Source: Candidatus Babeliales bacterium (GTDB lineage: Bacteria > Babelota > Babeliae > Babelales > UASB340). Taken from it: a stretch of DNA of 35,655 nt. Shown here piece after piece: positions 1 to 8,533 of the stretch (position 1 is its first letter; every line of letters starts with the position of its first letter). The translations under genes were made by a program, and so were the position numbers. The notes under the pieces are model-generated. The model searched no databases. It saw only the letters and a program-made list of their open reading frames with translations, and was not told where the DNA came from. The stretch is taken from assembly GCA_021735465.1 (NCBI GenBank), contig JAIPGX010000001.1, positions 1-35,655 on the forward strand, read 5' to 3'.

Positions 1-76
1 TGTAAGCTGCAGTACTTCCTACAAATCCTGTACCTACTATTGCAACTTTGCGAAAACAATTTTTTTTATTTCCCAT
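1..76 (-). CDS. N-terminal fragment of an NAD-dependent L-lactate/malate dehydrogenase family protein; the gene continues left of the window
   Basis: The reverse complement of 1-76 reads ATG GGA AAT AAA ... = MGNKKNCFRKVAIVGTGFVGSTAAY. VAIVGTGFVGS is the GxGxxG Rossmann start typical of LDH/MDH enzymes. It is not in the ORF track because the window edge truncates it. Confidence 0.5.
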   Translation of the reverse strand, partial: MGNKKNCFRKVAIVGTGFVGSTAAY

Positions 77-221
77 AAAAACAACCCATCACAAAAATAA
101 AATAAAATAAAAAATATAAAAAAAATGATTAATATAATGGTTGTAATAAGAAATTTGATAAAAAATCAATAAATTTGTTTTTTAGAAGTAAATTAAATTT
201 TGTTATATATTTTTTGAAAAC

Positions 222-280
222 AAAAAATCGTTTATAATTTTGCCGCAAAAAATATGACAAAATTTATAAACGATTTTTTT
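222..280 (-). terminator. Long AT-rich inverted repeat; likely an intrinsic and possibly bidirectional terminator after the 304-702 gene
   Basis: Arms aaaaaatcgtttataattttg (222-242) and caaaatttataaacgattttttt (258-280) are complementary except for one extra base, with a 15-nt loop. On the minus strand the hairpin ends in GATTTTTTGTTTTC, about 25 nt after the stop at 304. Confidence 0.5.
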
Positions 281-303
281 TATTTTAAATTTTTTAATAT
301 ATT

Positions 304-702
304 TTAGTGCAAATATGCTGGGCCAGAACGAGGAATTACACTGTTTGGCCTGATAACATAATAAAAATCAGGTTTTCTTTTTTTACCTTTTTTTACTTTT
401 TTCTTAATAATACAATCTTTAATTTTTTTATTAGGATTTAATGATTTTGACACTTTAAAAAATTTTTTATCTGCATAAATATCTATTCTTGAATTTTTTG
501 GCAATTTTTCTTTATCTTTAATAACCTTGACTAAATCTGAAATGGTTTTTGTTGCATCAATTTTTACATCACCTCTTTGTTTTGTAAAAAGATTTTTATA
601 TCGAATAATTCTAGTATTATCTCTAGCGCTTATTTGATCTAAAAAACAAAAAAAACTTAAAAACAAAAAAGCTTTTGTTAATTTTGTTAAATTATTTCTC
701 AT
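304..702 (-). CDS. Small secreted Lys-rich hypothetical protein (132 aa) with a possible ubiquitin-like (beta-grasp) core
   Basis: ATG at 702 is preceded by AGGAG (rc of 708-712) 5 nt upstream. The N-terminus MRNNLTKLTKAFLFLSFFCFLDQISA|RD looks like a Sec signal peptide. The core TISDLVKVIKDKEKLPKNSRIDIYADKKF resembles ubiquitin residues 22-50. There is a basic tail KKKVKKGKKRKP, and a terminator hairpin lies downstream. Confidence 0.65.
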   Translation of the reverse strand: MRNNLTKLTKAFLFLSFFCFLDQISARDNTRIIRYKNLFTKQRGDVKIDATKTISDLVKVIKDKEKLPKNSRIDIYADKKFFKVSKSLNPNKKIKDCIIKKKVKKGKKRKPDFYYVIRPNSVIPRSGPAYLH

Positions 703-819
703 AATTTCTCCTAAAAATTAATTAAATTTATAATCTAAACTACTCACTTTTATATTTAATTTAACAAAACAATAATCCAAATAGCAATTTGTTTTAAAAA
801 ATTTGATCTCAAAAAATAA

Positions 820-885
820 TTAACCCCAGTTTACACTGGGGCCTAACACACTATTAACTGCACGAAACGCGCAGCTAATTTGAAT
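820..885 (-). terminator. Two-hairpin module closing the ribosomal super-cluster (copy A of a repeated intergenic element)
   Basis: Read on the minus strand about 20 nt after the rplQ stop (907). Hairpin CTGCGCG-TTT-CGTGCAG (rc of 857-874, one G-U pair) is followed by CCCCAG-TGTAAA-CTGGGG (rc of 824-841) and then TTAATTATTTTTT. The 43 nt at 843-885 match 21780-21822 at 33/43 positions without gaps (hand count). Confidence 0.55.
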
Positions 886-906
886 TAATATTTTTTATAT
901 TTAAAA

Positions 907-1263
907 TCAAACCCATTCAAGACGTGCTATTTGTGCTGTATCACTTTCACGTCTACCCAATGGTATAACTCTGGTATATCCACCTGGACGATCTACATAT
1001 TTAATTGCAATTTCTTTAATAAGTTTTTCAACTGCCTTTTGATCATAAGGCAAAGCTTGTTTTACGCGACGAATAGTATTAAAATCATATCCCTTACGAG
1101 CTACAGTAACAAGTTTTTCAGCTATTTTTTGCACTTCTTTAATTCTTACCTTAGTTGTTTGCAAAAAACCATTATTAATCAAATGTATAGTCTGATTTCT
1201 TAACATTGCAGTTCTATGAGAAGATTTTCTATTTAACTTCTTTCTTCCATTTTGATGTTTCAT
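907..1263 (-). CDS. rplQ: 50S ribosomal protein L17
   Basis: The 118-aa translation MKHQNGRKKLNRKSSHRTAMLRNQ... is a typical L17 N-terminus. It is the last gene of the alpha operon, and its ATG overlaps the rpoA TGA (ATGA). Confidence 0.95.
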   Translation of the reverse strand: MKHQNGRKKLNRKSSHRTAMLRNQTIHLINNGFLQTTKVRIKEVQKIAEKLVTVARKGYDFNTIRRVKQALPYDQKAVEKLIKEIAIKYVDRPGGYTRVIPLGRRESDTAQIARLEWV

Positions 1264-2324
1264 GATTTTAAACCATCCTCTTGCTCTTTAATAACTTTTT
1301 TTAAATCTAACTCTTTTACATTCATGCCCAAATGAAGACCAAATGCACCAAGAATTTCTTTAACTTCTCTTAATGATTTACGTCCAAAATTCTTAACTTT
1401 TAATAAATCATCTTCAGTTAAATTAACCAAATCTATAACTCTTTTTACACCAGCACTTATCAAGCAATTATGAGATCTGACCGAAAACTCTAATTCATCA
1501 ATTGGTTTTAAAAAGAGCTCAACTGGAAGACCTTTTGTTGGACCTTGAACATCCATTGCGCTAATTTTTTTCTCTTCAGCAATACCCTCTTCTTTAGATA
1601 TGTCATTGAATGGAATTTCTTCTGCATCTAAGAAATGCTCAAATTGCGTTCTCAAAACAGACGTTCCATAGTTAATAATATCCTGAGGATTTATAGCACC
1701 GTTAGTAAAGATGCTCATTATAAGCTTGTCATAATCTATATCTTTACCCACACGAGTTTTTTCTGTATGGTATTCAACACGTTTAACAGGAGAAAACATT
1801 GCATCAACATAAATTCTACCATCTGATTGCAAAGCTTTATTTGCCGGCCACTGTGCAGGTAAATACCCTCTTCCTGTTTCAACAAAAAATTCAATTTCCA
1901 ATACACCATCTGGAGCTAAATGTGCAATAATATGATCTTTATTTATTAATTCTAAATGATCATCTGCTTTAATATCTTCAACTCTTGCAACAGACTGACT
2001 TCCGGAAACAACTAAATTCATTTTTCCTGGTTGGCCAGTTTTGTTTTTAATAATTATACCCTTAATATTGAGTATAACTTGTAAAACATCTTCTATTACG
2101 CCTTTAACTGTAGAAAACTCATTATTAACGTCTTTAATTATAACGCTAGTAACGGCTGAGCCTTCTATTGATGATAAAACCACTCTTCGTAATGCATTCC
2201 CCAATGTAATACCAAAACCTGGTTCCAAAGGTTGAACAACCAATTCACCAAAAGTATTTGTAAGAGTTTTTTTTTCCCAACCTACCTTGGGAAGGATCAA
2301 CGGTTTATATTTCATTTCCTGCAT
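1260..2324 (-). CDS. rpoA: DNA-directed RNA polymerase subunit alpha
   Basis: The alpha NTD and the CTD helix-hairpin-helix (ELEFSVRSHNCLISAGVKRVIDL) are recognisable. The ORF-track start at 2348 is a TTG. ATG at 2324 (or 2315) follows GGAGG (rc of 2329-2333), so the exact start is uncertain by about 10 codons. Confidence 0.93.
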   Translation of the reverse strand: MQEMKYKPLILPKVGWEKKTLTNTFGELVVQPLEPGFGITLGNALRRVVLSSIEGSAVTSVIIKDVNNEFSTVKGVIEDVLQVILNIKGIIIKNKTGQPGKMNLVVSGSQSVARVEDIKADDHLELINKDHIIAHLAPDGVLEIEFFVETGRGYLPAQWPANKALQSDGRIYVDAMFSPVKRVEYHTEKTRVGKDIDYDKLIMSIFTNGAINPQDIINYGTSVLRTQFEHFLDAEEIPFNDISKEEGIAEEKKISAMDVQGPTKGLPVELFLKPIDELEFSVRSHNCLISAGVKRVIDLVNLTEDDLLKVKNFGRKSLREVKEILGAFGLHLGMNVKELDLKKVIKEQEDGLKS

Positions 2325-2382
2325 CAGACCTCCGTACCATTTATTCAAAAATTCAAATTAATTTAAAAATATCAATTATCAA

Positions 2383-3030
2383 TTACTTGGAATACAACTC
2401 AACAATTAAACGTTCCTCAACTGGAATAGTTACATCAGAACGAACAGGTAAGCGTAAAACAACACCCTTACGTTCTTTTTTATCTAATTCCAACCAATCA
2501 GGAACTTTAATGCCAATATTTATTCTTTTATCAACAATAGTTTCAATAAAAACTGTTTTATTTAAAGCTCTTTGAGACAAAGTAATTGCATCGCCTGGCT
2601 TAACCAAATAAGATGGAGTTCTTACTCTTTTTCCATTAACATTAATATGACCATGCACTATCAACTGACGAGCTTGATCCCTGGAAAAAGCCATTTTTAA
2701 TCGAAAAAGAACATTATCTAATCTGCGTTCTAATAAAGAAACTAAATTTTCACCTGTTGAGCCTTTAAATTTAGAAGCTTTTTCAAAAAATCTTCTAAAT
2801 TGTGATTCCAGCACACCATACATTAATTTTGCTTTTTGCTTTTCTTGAAGCTGCTTTCCATATTCTGAAAGCTTTTTTGAACCAGCTTTTTTTCCATGCT
2901 GACCAGGAGTAGGCAAACCTTGTTCTATAGGACACTTTGCCGTTCGACATTTTGCACCCTTCAAGAACAATTTTTCACCAACTTTTCTGCAGCTTCTGCA
3001 ATTTTTGCTAATATCTAGATTACTTGCCAT
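2383..3030 (-). CDS. rpsD: 30S ribosomal protein S4 (Cys4 zinc-finger form)
   Basis: 215 aa with an N-terminal CRSC...CRTAKC cluster and the S4 RNA-binding domain SRDQARQLIVHGHINVNGKRV. It sits between rpsK and rpoA. Confidence 0.95.
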   Translation of the reverse strand: MASNLDISKNCRSCRKVGEKLFLKGAKCRTAKCPIEQGLPTPGQHGKKAGSKKLSEYGKQLQEKQKAKLMYGVLESQFRRFFEKASKFKGSTGENLVSLLERRLDNVLFRLKMAFSRDQARQLIVHGHINVNGKRVRTPSYLVKPGDAITLSQRALNKTVFIETIVDKRINIGIKVPDWLELDKKERKGVVLRLPVRSDVTIPVEERLIVELYSK

Positions 3031-3079
3031 AAAAACCTTTAATCAAAGTAAGTAATTAACTACTTTTATACTTTATATA

Positions 3080-3466
3080 TTAAACTCTACGTTTTTTAGG
3101 AGGCCTACAGCCATTATGAGGCAATGGCGTCACATCCCTTAATAAAGTTACAGTCAAACCAGAAGATTGTAGAGCTCTTACAACAGAATCTCGACCGGAT
3201 CCTGGCCCCTGCATATTTACCTCTACCAATCTGGCACCAAGACCAACCAATTCTTTAGCTAGATTACCAGCTATTTGTGTAGCAGCAAAAGGCGTACCTT
3301 TACGCGCACCTTTAAAACCTAATTGCCCAGAACTTCCACGCATAATAACATCACCATTAGTAGTTGTAATACTTACCAAAGTGTTATTAAAAGTAGATTT
3401 TACATGAGCTACTACAGTATCAATATTTTTCCAACTTTTTTTACTACTTTTCTTTTTATAAGCCAT
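3080..3466 (-). CDS. rpsK: 30S ribosomal protein S11
   Basis: 128 aa, ending in ...[38 protein letters not shown], the characteristic S11 C-terminus. Confidence 0.96.
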   Translation of the reverse strand: MAYKKKSSKKSWKNIDTVVAHVKSTFNNTLVSITTTNGDVIMRGSSGQLGFKGARKGTPFAATQIAGNLAKELVGLGARLVEVNMQGPGSGRDSVVRALQSSGLTVTLLRDVTPLPHNGCRPPKKRRV

Positions 3467-3491
3467 CTTTACCTCTATATCCTAGACAAGT

Positions 3492-3881
3492 TTATTTTTT
3501 AGTTATTGCCTTTTTTAATGCTACAGCTCCACCTGGACGTCTAGGTCCCTTGCGAGTTCTAGCATTAGTTTTTGTACGTTGTCCTCTGACAGGTAAAGAT
3601 CTCTTATGTCTTGTACCTCTATAAGAACCTATTTCTTGCAATCTTTTAATATTAAGGGTTATTTCTTTTCTTAAATCACCCTCAATTTTGTAATTATCAT
3701 TTATGTATTTTTGAATAGCAGCAACTTGTTCATGAGATAAATCTTTTATACGAATATCTGGACTTACTTTTGTATCAGATAAAATTTCTTGGGATCTAGT
3801 CAAACCTATCCCAAACAAGTATGTTAATCCAATTTCTACACGTTTATTAGCGGGTAAATAAACACCTTCAATACGAGCCAT
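3492..3881 (-). CDS. rpsM: 30S ribosomal protein S13
   Basis: 129 aa. [26 protein letters not shown] is the canonical S13 N-terminus. Confidence 0.96.
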   Translation of the reverse strand: MARIEGVYLPANKRVEIGLTYLFGIGLTRSQEILSDTKVSPDIRIKDLSHEQVAAIQKYINDNYKIEGDLRKEITLNIKRLQEIGSYRGTRHKRSLPVRGQRTKTNARTRKGPRRPGGAVALKKAITKK

Positions 3882-3899
3882 GCAAAACCTCTCTAATTA

Positions 3900-4016
3900 T
3901 TAACCTTGACGTTGTTTATGTCTAGGGTTTTTATCACAAATCACTCTAACGATACGTCCTCGTCTTATAACTTTACAATGTTCACAAATTTTTTTTACAG
4001 ATGTGCGTACTTTCAT
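3900..4016 (-). CDS. rpmJ: 50S ribosomal protein L36 (zinc-binding C+ form)
   Basis: Not in the ORF track because it is too short. Hand translation of the reverse complement gives [38 protein letters not shown], 38 aa with CxxC...C...H. It sits in the canonical infA-rpmJ-rpsM position. Confidence 0.93.
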   Translation of the reverse strand: MKVRTSVKKICEHCKVIRRGRIVRVICDKNPRHKQRQG

Positions 4017-4071
4017 AATATCTAATCTTTCAAAACTTAATTAAATTTAAACTAAAATTAACTTAAAATTC

Positions 4072-4296
4072 TTAAACTTTATAACGTGAAATAATTCGCC
4101 CCTTGGTCAAATCATATGGCGAAAGTTCCACGGCTACCTTATCCCCCGGTAATAATTTTATATAATGCATACGCATTTTACCAGAAACATGTGCTAAAAC
4201 CAAATGTTTACCTTCTATTTCTACTTGAAACATAGCATTTGGCAAAGCTTTCATAACCGTACCATCTACAACAATAACATCATTCTTTTTTTTCAT
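4072..4296 (-). CDS. infA: Translation initiation factor IF-1
   Basis: 74 aa with an S1-like OB fold and ...[35 protein letters not shown]. Confidence 0.95.
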   Translation of the reverse strand: MKKKNDVIVVDGTVMKALPNAMFQVEIEGKHLVLAHVSGKMRMHYIKLLPGDKVAVELSPYDLTKGRIISRYKV

Positions 4297-4321
4297 ACTA
4301 TAAATTACCTTAAATTACCTT

Positions 4322-5068
4322 CTATCTAGTAAAAATTTGTGGGCCATTATTTGTTATTAAAATGGTATCTTCAACATGGGCTGACAAACCACCATCCAAA
4401 GTCTTTGCAGTCCATCCGTCTTTCATTATTTTAACGGCATAATCACCTTGCGTAATCATAGGCTCAATTGCAAGAGTCATGCCTTCTTGCAAAATAGGAC
4501 CTTGACCTTTAACGCCAAAGTTTGGAATATCTGGCTGCTCATGCATACTTTTACCTATACCATGTCCAGCAAAATCCCTCACTACGCCAAAACCAGCTTG
4601 TTCAACTATTGATTGAATACAAGCAGATATATCAGATAGATGATTACCAACTACGGCATACTCAATTGCACAATCTAAAGCAGTTTGCGCAACAAGTGCT
4701 ATTTTTTTCACTTCGTCTCTCACAGATTCTACAAAAAAATACCTTGCCATATCTGCACAATAATTTTTGTAAGAACCAACAACGTCTATTTTAACAAAAT
4801 CCCCAGATTTTAAAATAACTTTATCCGAGGGAACTCCATGAACAATAACATCGTTCAATGAAATACAAGTTGCATATTTGTAACCCGCATAACCCTTACA
4901 TTCTGGCTTCAAACCCAAACTTAGCATTCTTTTTTCAATAAAATTATCAATCTGTAAAGTGTCAATTCCAGGCACTATTAAATCTTTTGTCTCTTGCAAT
5001 ATTTGAGAAAGCAGTTGTCCAGCTTTCTGCATTCGTTCTATTGAAATTTTATTTTTTATTTTTATCAT
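4322..5068 (-). CDS. map: Methionine aminopeptidase type I (M24A)
   Basis: 248 aa with the metal-ligand context DVVGSYKNYCADMARYF, GHGIGKSMHEQPDIPNF and LAIEPM. It shows the ATGA overlap with adk that is typical of the distal spc operon. Confidence 0.92.
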   Translation of the reverse strand: MIKIKNKISIERMQKAGQLLSQILQETKDLIVPGIDTLQIDNFIEKRMLSLGLKPECKGYAGYKYATCISLNDVIVHGVPSDKVILKSGDFVKIDVVGSYKNYCADMARYFFVESVRDEVKKIALVAQTALDCAIEYAVVGNHLSDISACIQSIVEQAGFGVVRDFAGHGIGKSMHEQPDIPNFGVKGQGPILQEGMTLAIEPMITQGDYAVKIMKDGWTAKTLDGGLSAHVEDTILITNNGPQIFTR

Positions 5069-5742
5069 AAAATTAATTTTGATTTAAAATTCTCAAATAG
5101 GTCTAAACTCTTTAAGTTAGTAACTTCTATTTTTTCAACACGAATATTAGAAGAAGCATAAAAATTTAACACTTTTTTACTGGATTCAATAAATTTTTTT
5201 AACCTATTTTTTATATTTTCAAAACTGTCATCAGCTCTCTTAATCAAATCACTTCCACAAACTTCGCAAGATTTATTTTTCAAAAAATTTTCAGAATAAA
5301 CAATTTGACAGTCTTTATTCTGACACAATAATCTAGAAAAAGCCCTTTTAAGAACCTCTTCATCTGATATTATAAGATAAATAATTTTAAAATTAAAATT
5401 CACACCTATTTTATTTAAAAAATCTAAAAAAAGTGTCGCTTGTTTAGCAGTTCTAGGAAATCCATCAAAAATTATTGTTTTTGTTTCAATATTTTTTTTT
5501 GATATTTTTGCTAAAAACCAATCACTAACAACATCAACTATTAAATCATCAGGTATTAAACTTTTATTTTGCGAATATTTCAATATCAGATTACCAATAT
5601 CTGTACCGATTTCAATACTTTTTCTACAAAAATTACCTGCAGAAAAAATTTCAAATGTTCTATCTTTTTTGCACAAATTTGTCAAAGTTCCTTTTCCAGA
5701 ACACGGCGGACCCATTAATGAAATAATATTATTAACGGCCAC
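5065..5742 (-). CDS. adk: Adenylate kinase (divergent; Cys-containing P-loop and Cys4 LID)
   Basis: 225 aa. It carries IISLMGPPCSGKGT (P-loop), FDGFPRT and RADDSFENIKNRL. The LID reads CQNKDC...CEVC. The GTG start at 5742 follows AAGAGGAAG and overlaps the secY end by 11 nt. Confidence 0.85.
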   Translation of the reverse strand: MAVNNIISLMGPPCSGKGTLTNLCKKDRTFEIFSAGNFCRKSIEIGTDIGNLILKYSQNKSLIPDDLIVDVVSDWFLAKISKKNIETKTIIFDGFPRTAKQATLFLDFLNKIGVNFNFKIIYLIISDEEVLKRAFSRLLCQNKDCQIVYSENFLKNKSCEVCGSDLIKRADDSFENIKNRLKKFIESSKKVLNFYASSNIRVEKIEVTNLKSLDLFENFKSKLIL

Positions 5743-7048
5743 TTCTTCCTCTTAATCTACCAGTAGATAAAAAACCTTCGTAACGCCTTTCTATCAAATG
5801 CGTTTCAATTTGTGAAGACATATCAAGAGCAACGCCAATAACAATCAAAAGGCTAATACCACTAAATATTATTGGAAAATTAAAAATATAAGCCAATACA
5901 CTTGGCAAAATAGCCAACGATGCAAGATATATAGCTCCAGGAAAACCTATTCTTGTTAACAAATAATCAAAAAATTCTGCAGTTTTTTTACCCGGACGAA
6001 TCCCAGGAACAAAACCACCCGATTTTCTTATATTATCTGCCAACTCAACCGGATTAAAAATTACAGCAGTATAAAAAAATGCAAAAAATATAATCAACCC
6101 TGCCTGCAAGACATAGAATAAAAAACTATTATAACCAAACCATTGGGATAAAAAAGCCAATGCAGAAAACTTAGACGCAAGCATATTAATTATCATCATT
6201 GGCAATTGTATTATTGCACCAGCAAAAATAACAGGTATAACCCCAGATGGATTTATTTTTAATGGGATATAAGAACTTTGTCCACCATAAACTTTATTCC
6301 CAACAACTCTTTTTGCATATTGTACAGGAACTCTTCGCTCACCACGCTCTAAAAATACAACACACATAATAACAGCAATTGTAATTAATACTAATAAACC
6401 CGCAACCAACGGATCGGTCTGCCCCATTTGGACGTTGTTTATTAATTTAATTATGGCACTAGGCAAACCAACTACTATTCCAGCAAAAATTATCATTGAA
6501 CTACCATTGCCTATACCATGAGAATTTATTTGCTCACCAAGCCACATTATAAACATGGCGCCAACACTAAAAATTAAAACTGAAGTTAATCTAAAACCCC
6601 ATCCAGGATTAATTACAATACCAGGCTGAGAAGCCACAAGTGCAGAAATACCAAATCCTTGAATTATACTTAACCCAAAAGCTAAATATCGCGTATATTG
6701 ATTTATAACTTTACGCCCATATTCGCCTTCTTTTGCTAATTGCTCCAAGGTTGGAACCATAACTGTAAGCAACTGCATCATAATAGAGGAGTTAATATAA
6801 GGAATCATACCTAAGGCAAAAATAGAAAAATTTCTTAACGCTCCTCCTGAAAACAAATCCAAATAAGAAATTAATCCACCAGTAAAACCTGTGCTTAACA
6901 AACCACTTAATGCACTTGTATTTACACCCGGAACAGGAACGTGCGCCCCAAACCTATAAACGGCTAATACCGCAAGGGTAAAAGCCAGTTTTTTTCTTAA
7001 ATCAGCAACAAAAAAAATATTCTTAAAATTGCTAAATTGTACTATCAC
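5732..7048 (-). CDS. secY: Preprotein translocase subunit SecY
   Basis: 438 aa and polytopic, with YRFGAHVPVPGV and GMIPYINSSIMMQLL motifs. The GTG start at 7048 lies 7 nt after AAGGAG. Confidence 0.95.
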   Translation of the reverse strand: MIVQFSNFKNIFFVADLRKKLAFTLAVLAVYRFGAHVPVPGVNTSALSGLLSTGFTGGLISYLDLFSGGALRNFSIFALGMIPYINSSIMMQLLTVMVPTLEQLAKEGEYGRKVINQYTRYLAFGLSIIQGFGISALVASQPGIVINPGWGFRLTSVLIFSVGAMFIMWLGEQINSHGIGNGSSMIIFAGIVVGLPSAIIKLINNVQMGQTDPLVAGLLVLITIAVIMCVVFLERGERRVPVQYAKRVVGNKVYGGQSSYIPLKINPSGVIPVIFAGAIIQLPMMIINMLASKFSALAFLSQWFGYNSFLFYVLQAGLIIFFAFFYTAVIFNPVELADNIRKSGGFVPGIRPGKKTAEFFDYLLTRIGFPGAIYLASLAILPSVLAYIFNFPIIFSGISLLIVIGVALDMSSQIETHLIERRYEGFLSTGRLRGRSGR

Positions 7049-7050
7049 CT

Positions 7051-7509
7051 TTAATCTCCTTGTTCAACTTGAGTTACCTCGACTTTCCCTCCAGCATTCT
7101 GAATAGCTTCAACAGCAGATTTGCTAAATAAATCGGCTTTGACTGTCAATTTTTTATTTAATTGACCATTTCCTAATATTTTTATTAAAAATTTTCTTTT
7201 GCCTTTTATTAAATTTTTTTCTAATAAAGTTTTTTTATTAACTATCTCATCATTATTAAATTTTAATTCTAAATCTTTTAAATTTATTATTAAAACTTCT
7301 TTTTTAAATGAATTAATAAAACCTCTTTTTGGCAATCTTCGAGTCAAAGACATCTGCCCACCCTCAAAGAAAGGCTTTAATTCACCAGATACTCCAGATC
7401 TTGCCTTTTGACCTTTATGTCCACGACAAGAAGTGCCACCCCTGTCTCCGCCCCTACCTATACGTTTTCTTTTCTTAGATGTTGATTCCAAATTATTAAG
7501 CTGCAACAT
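7051..7509 (-). CDS. rplO: 50S ribosomal protein L15
   Basis: MLQLNNLESTSKKRKRIGRGGDRGGTSCRGHKGQKARSG is the canonical L15 start. ATG at 7509 follows GAGG by 6 nt. The ORF-track start (GTG at 7566) would add 19 non-conserved residues lying inside rpsE. Confidence 0.93.
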   Translation of the reverse strand: MLQLNNLESTSKKRKRIGRGGDRGGTSCRGHKGQKARSGVSGELKPFFEGGQMSLTRRLPKRGFINSFKKEVLIINLKDLELKFNNDEIVNKKTLLEKNLIKGKRKFLIKILGNGQLNKKLTVKADLFSKSAVEAIQNAGGKVEVTQVEQGD

Positions 7510-8065
7510 TTTGAACCTCTTCATTATTGTTGGACTTATTAGTGACATCTCTGCCGACAATTTCACTTAATGATTTGCCGCGCATTTTTGCTAACTGTCT
7601 AGCTGATTTCATTGTTCTTAAAGCCTTTACCGTCGCTTTAACAATATTTTGAGGGTTTGAAGATCCAAAGGATTTTGCTAAAACATCTTTAATTCCAGCA
7701 GCATCCATTATAGCTCTTACTGCACCTCCAGCAATTACACCAGTACCCAAACTAGCTGAACGTAATAAAACCTGACTAGAACCATGCTTTGCTTTGAGAG
7801 CAAATGGTATAGTAGTTTTGTACATAGGCACTTTAAACATATCTTTTTTTGCCCTTTTTAAAGCCTTAGCAATAGCAGAGGAAACTTCTCTACTTTTCCC
7901 TAATGCAAATCCAACTTTTCCATTTTTATCTCCAACTACAACAAGAGCTGAAAAAGCAAATCTTCTACCACCCTTTATTACTTTTGCAACACGTCTTACA
8001 TTCAAAACTTTTTCAACGTATTCTTCTGTAGGCATTAATTCTTTTTTAATTCTTGCTTGAGCCAT
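7496..8065 (-). CDS. rpsE: 30S ribosomal protein S5 (with a short C-terminal tail)
   Basis: 189 aa with the dsRBD-like VVVGDKNGKVGFALGKSREV and GTGVIAGGAVRAIMDAAGIKD. The tail ...GRDVTNKSNNNEEVQNVAA overlaps the rplO start by 14 nt. Confidence 0.95.
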   Translation of the reverse strand: MAQARIKKELMPTEEYVEKVLNVRRVAKVIKGGRRFAFSALVVVGDKNGKVGFALGKSREVSSAIAKALKRAKKDMFKVPMYKTTIPFALKAKHGSSQVLLRSASLGTGVIAGGAVRAIMDAAGIKDVLAKSFGSSNPQNIVKATVKALRTMKSARQLAKMRGKSLSEIVGRDVTNKSNNNEEVQNVAA

Positions 8066-8097
8066 ACCAATCTTTCTTAGTTAAAATTCAAATATCT

Positions 8098-8472
8098 TTA
8101 AAATTGCAATCCACTTTCACGTAAACCTTCAGCTAAAGCGCTAACTCTTCCATGATAAAGATATCTTCCTCTATCAAAAAAAACTTTATCAATAGATTTG
8201 CTCAAAGCAATTTTTCCAAGTTCAATACCAACTTTTTTAGCAACTTCTTTTTTATCAGTTTTTTTATCTTTAGTAGTCAAATTAAGAGAAGAAAAACTTG
8301 CTATAGTAGTTTGTGAACTATCATCAATAATTTGAGCATACATATTTTTCAAACTTCTAAAAACACAAATTCTAGGCTTTAAACCTTTACTATTTAGATT
8401 GCCCTTGACTCTATGAACTCTTCGTACAGTTCTTTGTTGAATTTTTTTTTGTGTTTTTTTCTGAATACTCAC
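8098..8472 (-). CDS. rplR: 50S ribosomal protein L18
   Basis: It carries ...RICVFRSLKNMYAQIIDD...FDRGRYLYHGRVSALAEGLRESGLQF. The ORF-track start (8502) is a TTG without an RBS. GTG at 8472 lies 8 nt after GGAAAGG and gives a typical-length protein, so the start remains uncertain. Confidence 0.9.
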   Translation of the reverse strand: MSIQKKTQKKIQQRTVRRVHRVKGNLNSKGLKPRICVFRSLKNMYAQIIDDSSQTTIASFSSLNLTTKDKKTDKKEVAKKVGIELGKIALSKSIDKVFFDRGRYLYHGRVSALAEGLRESGLQF

Positions 8473-8533
8473 TTTAAATGCCTTTCCATATTCAATACTC
8501 AATATTTAATATTTAATAATTTAAATTTAATAA

